A stretch of DNA of 64,000 nucleotides from Aplysia californica. Lineage: Eukaryota. The stretch spans positions 9,168-73,167 of the forward strand of contig NW_004797932.1 of assembly GCF_000002075.1 (NCBI RefSeq), written 5' to 3'. The notes under the pieces were generated by a model. That model was given only the letters and a program-made list of their open reading frames with translations, was not told where the DNA came from and made no database searches. Positions 60,601 through 64,000 of this stretch are shown piece after piece (position 1 is the stretch's first letter; every line of letters starts with the position of its first letter). A program made the translations under genes and the position numbers.

Positions 60601-62238
60601 NNNNNNNNNNNNNNNNNNNNNNNNNNNNNNNNNNNNNNNNNNNNNNNNNNNNNNNNNNNNNNNNNNNNNNNNNNNNNNNNNNNNNNNNNNNNNNNNNNNN
60701 NNNNNNNNNNNNNNNNNNNNNNNNNNNNNNNNNNNNNNNNNNNNNNNNNNNNNNNNNNNNNNNNNNNNNNNNNNNNNNNNNNNNNNNNNNNNNNNNNNNN
60801 NNNNNNNNNNNNNNNNNNCAGTTTTCGGAAACAGAGGCCACATCTGAAATGACTAATATACTAATAGCCATGTCTCGAAAATATAAAAAAGGCGTAAAAT
60901 AGCTGTAGCGTCACAGGAAAAGAGTCAAATCCCACAGCTTTTTACTCCGAAATCAACTACACAAAATGTAAGCTAAGGCTACCCCTTGCCAGTGTGGTCA
61001 TAGTGCCTGGTTTCGCTAGATTATTTTTGTGGGGGTTGAGGGGGGGAGGGTATTATGGTATACATGTAGTTATTTTCGCCCGGACTTGGAATCCTAAAAA
61101 ATAGGCCTACTGTTTTCAACTAACTACAGATACACGGCTGGCACATTTTCAAATGAAATGGATTTATCGTGGCATCTGTGACCAGCATAGCATCTGTGTT
61201 GGAGTAGTTAACCCCCCCACCCCCTCTTTCCCCCACGACTGTACGCTGAAGATGTGACCTTGATTCTCGTGAAAGGAAGTACATTGAATTACCGGAGACA
61301 AAAAAAGTAGTCACCTCCGGTATTACATGAAATCAAAGCTTCTGCGACTGTCTGCTTCCCTTTCAGCCCCGGAGAGCTTTGACAGAGGTGCGTTCAAAGA
61401 GATTATATCTATTATCTATTTGTGGTGGCCGAATTTTGCTATTCAAAAGGCTTTTTAATGACAGCATCGATCGACATTTGGTTTTCGCGAAAAAATTCTT
61501 TAAAATATTCTCCAGATCATGACGCCCTTGGTTGTTGTTTTTTTTTCAGTTTAGAGACAGTTTTGCAGCAAAAAGCTAAATTTCTTTATTTCGCCGATCG
61601 CTTTGGTAGGCCGACGCTTCTGTCTCTATAATTTTAGAAAATCCGGATTCCGCGAGGCGCATTTTGTTTCGAGAGTATAGATCTAGACCTTCTAATTTTT
61701 TGCATTTCTCAAGATTTATTTCCCCATTCCAGTAGAGTGTAAATATAGTAGGCCAATGACTTTTAGTTGATATTAAAGCACCGACCATTCCTTTCATCGA
61801 AAGGGGGCCCAGCAAGTATTATTATAGAACTAGAGCTCGTGGCAATGACGTCACGTGTGTCAGACATGGGGGGGGGNNNNNNNNNNNNNNNNNNNNNNNN
61901 NNNNNNNNNNNNNNNNNNNNNNNNNNNNNNNNNNNNNNNNNNNNNNNNNNNNNNNNNNNNNNNNNNNNNNNNNNNNGTGTGTCTTGCCCTCGACAGCATG
62001 GCCGACGTGCCGGTCCCCTATTTATATCAACAATCTAAGCCCACAATCCGGTCCCCACGAGCGTTTGTACTTTAAACAACGTCCTGGCCCTCACATGTCA
62101 GTGCAAGCTTAGATTTCCTCCTAACACTAACACCATCGGATCTTGACGCCCCGCAAAGTATTCACGGCATGTCTGTTGTTTTTGCTCAACGAACGCAACC
62201 CGGAATGGGCACAACACGCAGCTCCCGTTTAAGTTTAA

Positions 62239-62484
62239 CCCTATCCGTACGCCCTAGGGTCATTTTGTACCCCCGGGGTTGTATTCTTCACATTTTAGAA
62301 TACTTCTATTACTAATATCTCTTTGAAACGTTCAGTATTTCTCAAAAAATCATTTTCACAGACTGCTATGCAAAGCGAAGGGCGTACGGATCTGATTAAC
62401 GAGTAAATTTCCTCTTTGAAAGTAGTGGCACAGAGTTCCCCATGTCGTATGGATACGATAGTAGAACACGACGCACGGATAGGG
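62239..62484. mobile_element. MITE family M2 copy
   Basis: TTAA|ccctatccgtacg...cggataggg|ctaa. Confidence 0.85.
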
Positions 62485-62597
62485 CTAAGTGGATGGCGTC
62501 ACGTCCACAGGCTCTAGTTATAATATAGCTTGTGTTTTAGTAAGCGTTTTACGGCACTTGCAACACAAGTAGGTCATATAAAAGCCGAGGATTAGAG

Positions 62598-63641
62598 CAG
62601 GCGCGGTTCGTCCACAGAGCACGGTCGTGCAGTGCCGCCCAAAATATTTCAATGTTCTGTTACGTAAAACACCCACAATAATAAAAATAAAAGAAGCCAG
62701 AAACAAACTCTAGCCAAATATTATATCAAAACAAGGTCCTCATTGGCGCCATAACTGTCATTTCTGTGTCTATAGCGCCGTAAAACATCTTCTATGCCAT
62801 GCCAAAGTCCACGCGCTCTAGCTAAACGTAATAGGATATTCAACAGTATAACATGACCTATAAATCTCTCTTGGGGATAACCCAAGCGATGACGACACTC
62901 GTAGCAAGTTTGGCGGTACATTAATATTAATAAGACGGCACATCTCAAATGTGCCCCTGCCGAACAGTGCCGAAACATAGCCCACAGTAGGCAGTCTAAA
63001 AATAAACGCGATATACCGTACGCTATTCTTTGCCAATATTATGTGAGCCCCGGAGCAATCCAGTGGAGTGCTCAAGTGAATTGTGATTGGTTTGTTGTCT
63101 GTCTTGCCACTATTTTAAGTGACTCTGTGACCGTGAGCCTGAGGGAGGTCCTATGAGTTGTGCCTTTGAACAGTTTTGAGTGTTCAGTTCTAATAGATCT
63201 ACAGGATGAACGAAATTGATATTTGTGAGGCGTGCTGACAAAATGATTTACTTCTCGCAATCCACAAACGGAAATATTGGCCAAAAGTCGACACTATAGG
63301 GTCCGATTAGTAGATTTTCTATTTATGCCACGTTCTTTTTGTATAACGTACCTTTTTTCATTCCATACGTAAAAATAGTAAAAACTTCACCTAATAGTGT
63401 GATGTATCTATTTCCATAAGGCTTGGATCCGAGAAGTAACTCATTTTATTAGCACGCTTTACATTTAGCTAACAAACAAAGTGACAAGTAAAAAGAATTA
63501 AAATAAAAGCACGAGGTCCTCCCTCACCAACCCAAAGATCCTAAAATTATACACCGTCTCATTTACTATGCCCTTGACTATCTTCAGCATGCGATAGCTT
63601 AATTGTGCACGTCCACTTTTTAGCCCCACCAGCCGCCCCTG
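62598..63641. mobile_element. hAT-type non-autonomous element inserted into an S1 copy
   Basis: 8-bp TSD gattagag; TIR caggcgcgg / ccgcccctg; S1 halves at 62533-62597 and 63642-63758. Confidence 0.78.
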
Positions 63642-64000
63642 GATTAGAGGTGTTGCGAGAGAGAAACAAACACGAAAAAGAAGGAGGAGAGAAAGCGGCG
63701 ATAGATGTTTGATAGGAAAAGAAGGAGCAAACCACACCAAAGGAGCTCAACCACCCACAGCAAACAACCTCTTTGGATAGGGTCGAAACAGCCGACCTCC
63801 TGGATTACCCAAATTGTGTCGATTATGGTCGTAGCCTTGCAACCCCTACTATTTTGATACTATTCAAGTGTAATGCTCCTTTAAACTCTATAGTTAGGGT
63901 CATGAGAGCAGGAGGACAAAGGTATGATTTTCGATTTTCACGCCCCAATTGGAACGATTTAGATCATTTAGGAGGTGGCCTACTTTGATCCTATCTGTCT

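Noticed and set aside
62721-63284. ORFs inside the hAT-type element
   Set aside because: No transposase or other motif recognisable by eye.

Overview
AT-rich, intron-rich animal genomic DNA, probably an invertebrate and possibly a mollusc (inferred from repeat types). It has five N gaps and no prokaryotic features. I reconstructed two convergent genes exon by exon with consistent splice phases. (1) IFT52 (+), 14 coding exons, 1970-17291, 443 aa. (2) A VWA + double-Cache protein of the alpha2delta/CACHD1 family (-), 22 coding exons, 57650-25471, about 1162 aa, with a signal peptide, intact MIDAS and a GPI-like C-terminus. Two of its exons sit in a near-identical 2.3-kb tandem duplication, probably uncollapsed haplotypes. 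The introns are full of SINEs, truncated LINE 3' ends, TTAA and hAT MITEs, and minisatellites. The main highlights are four. First, a 2.1-kb Chapaev/N-RAG-TP-like DNA transposon relic with CACGGCGCAC termini and a decayed RAG1-N-terminal-like zinc-binding ORF. Second, an antisense intronic copy of one of the gene's own splice acceptors plus exon start, 14 kb away. Third, minisatellites built from exon/donor junctions. Fourth, an abundant ~180-bp retroposon whose two subfamilies show compensatory changes in the 3' hairpin.
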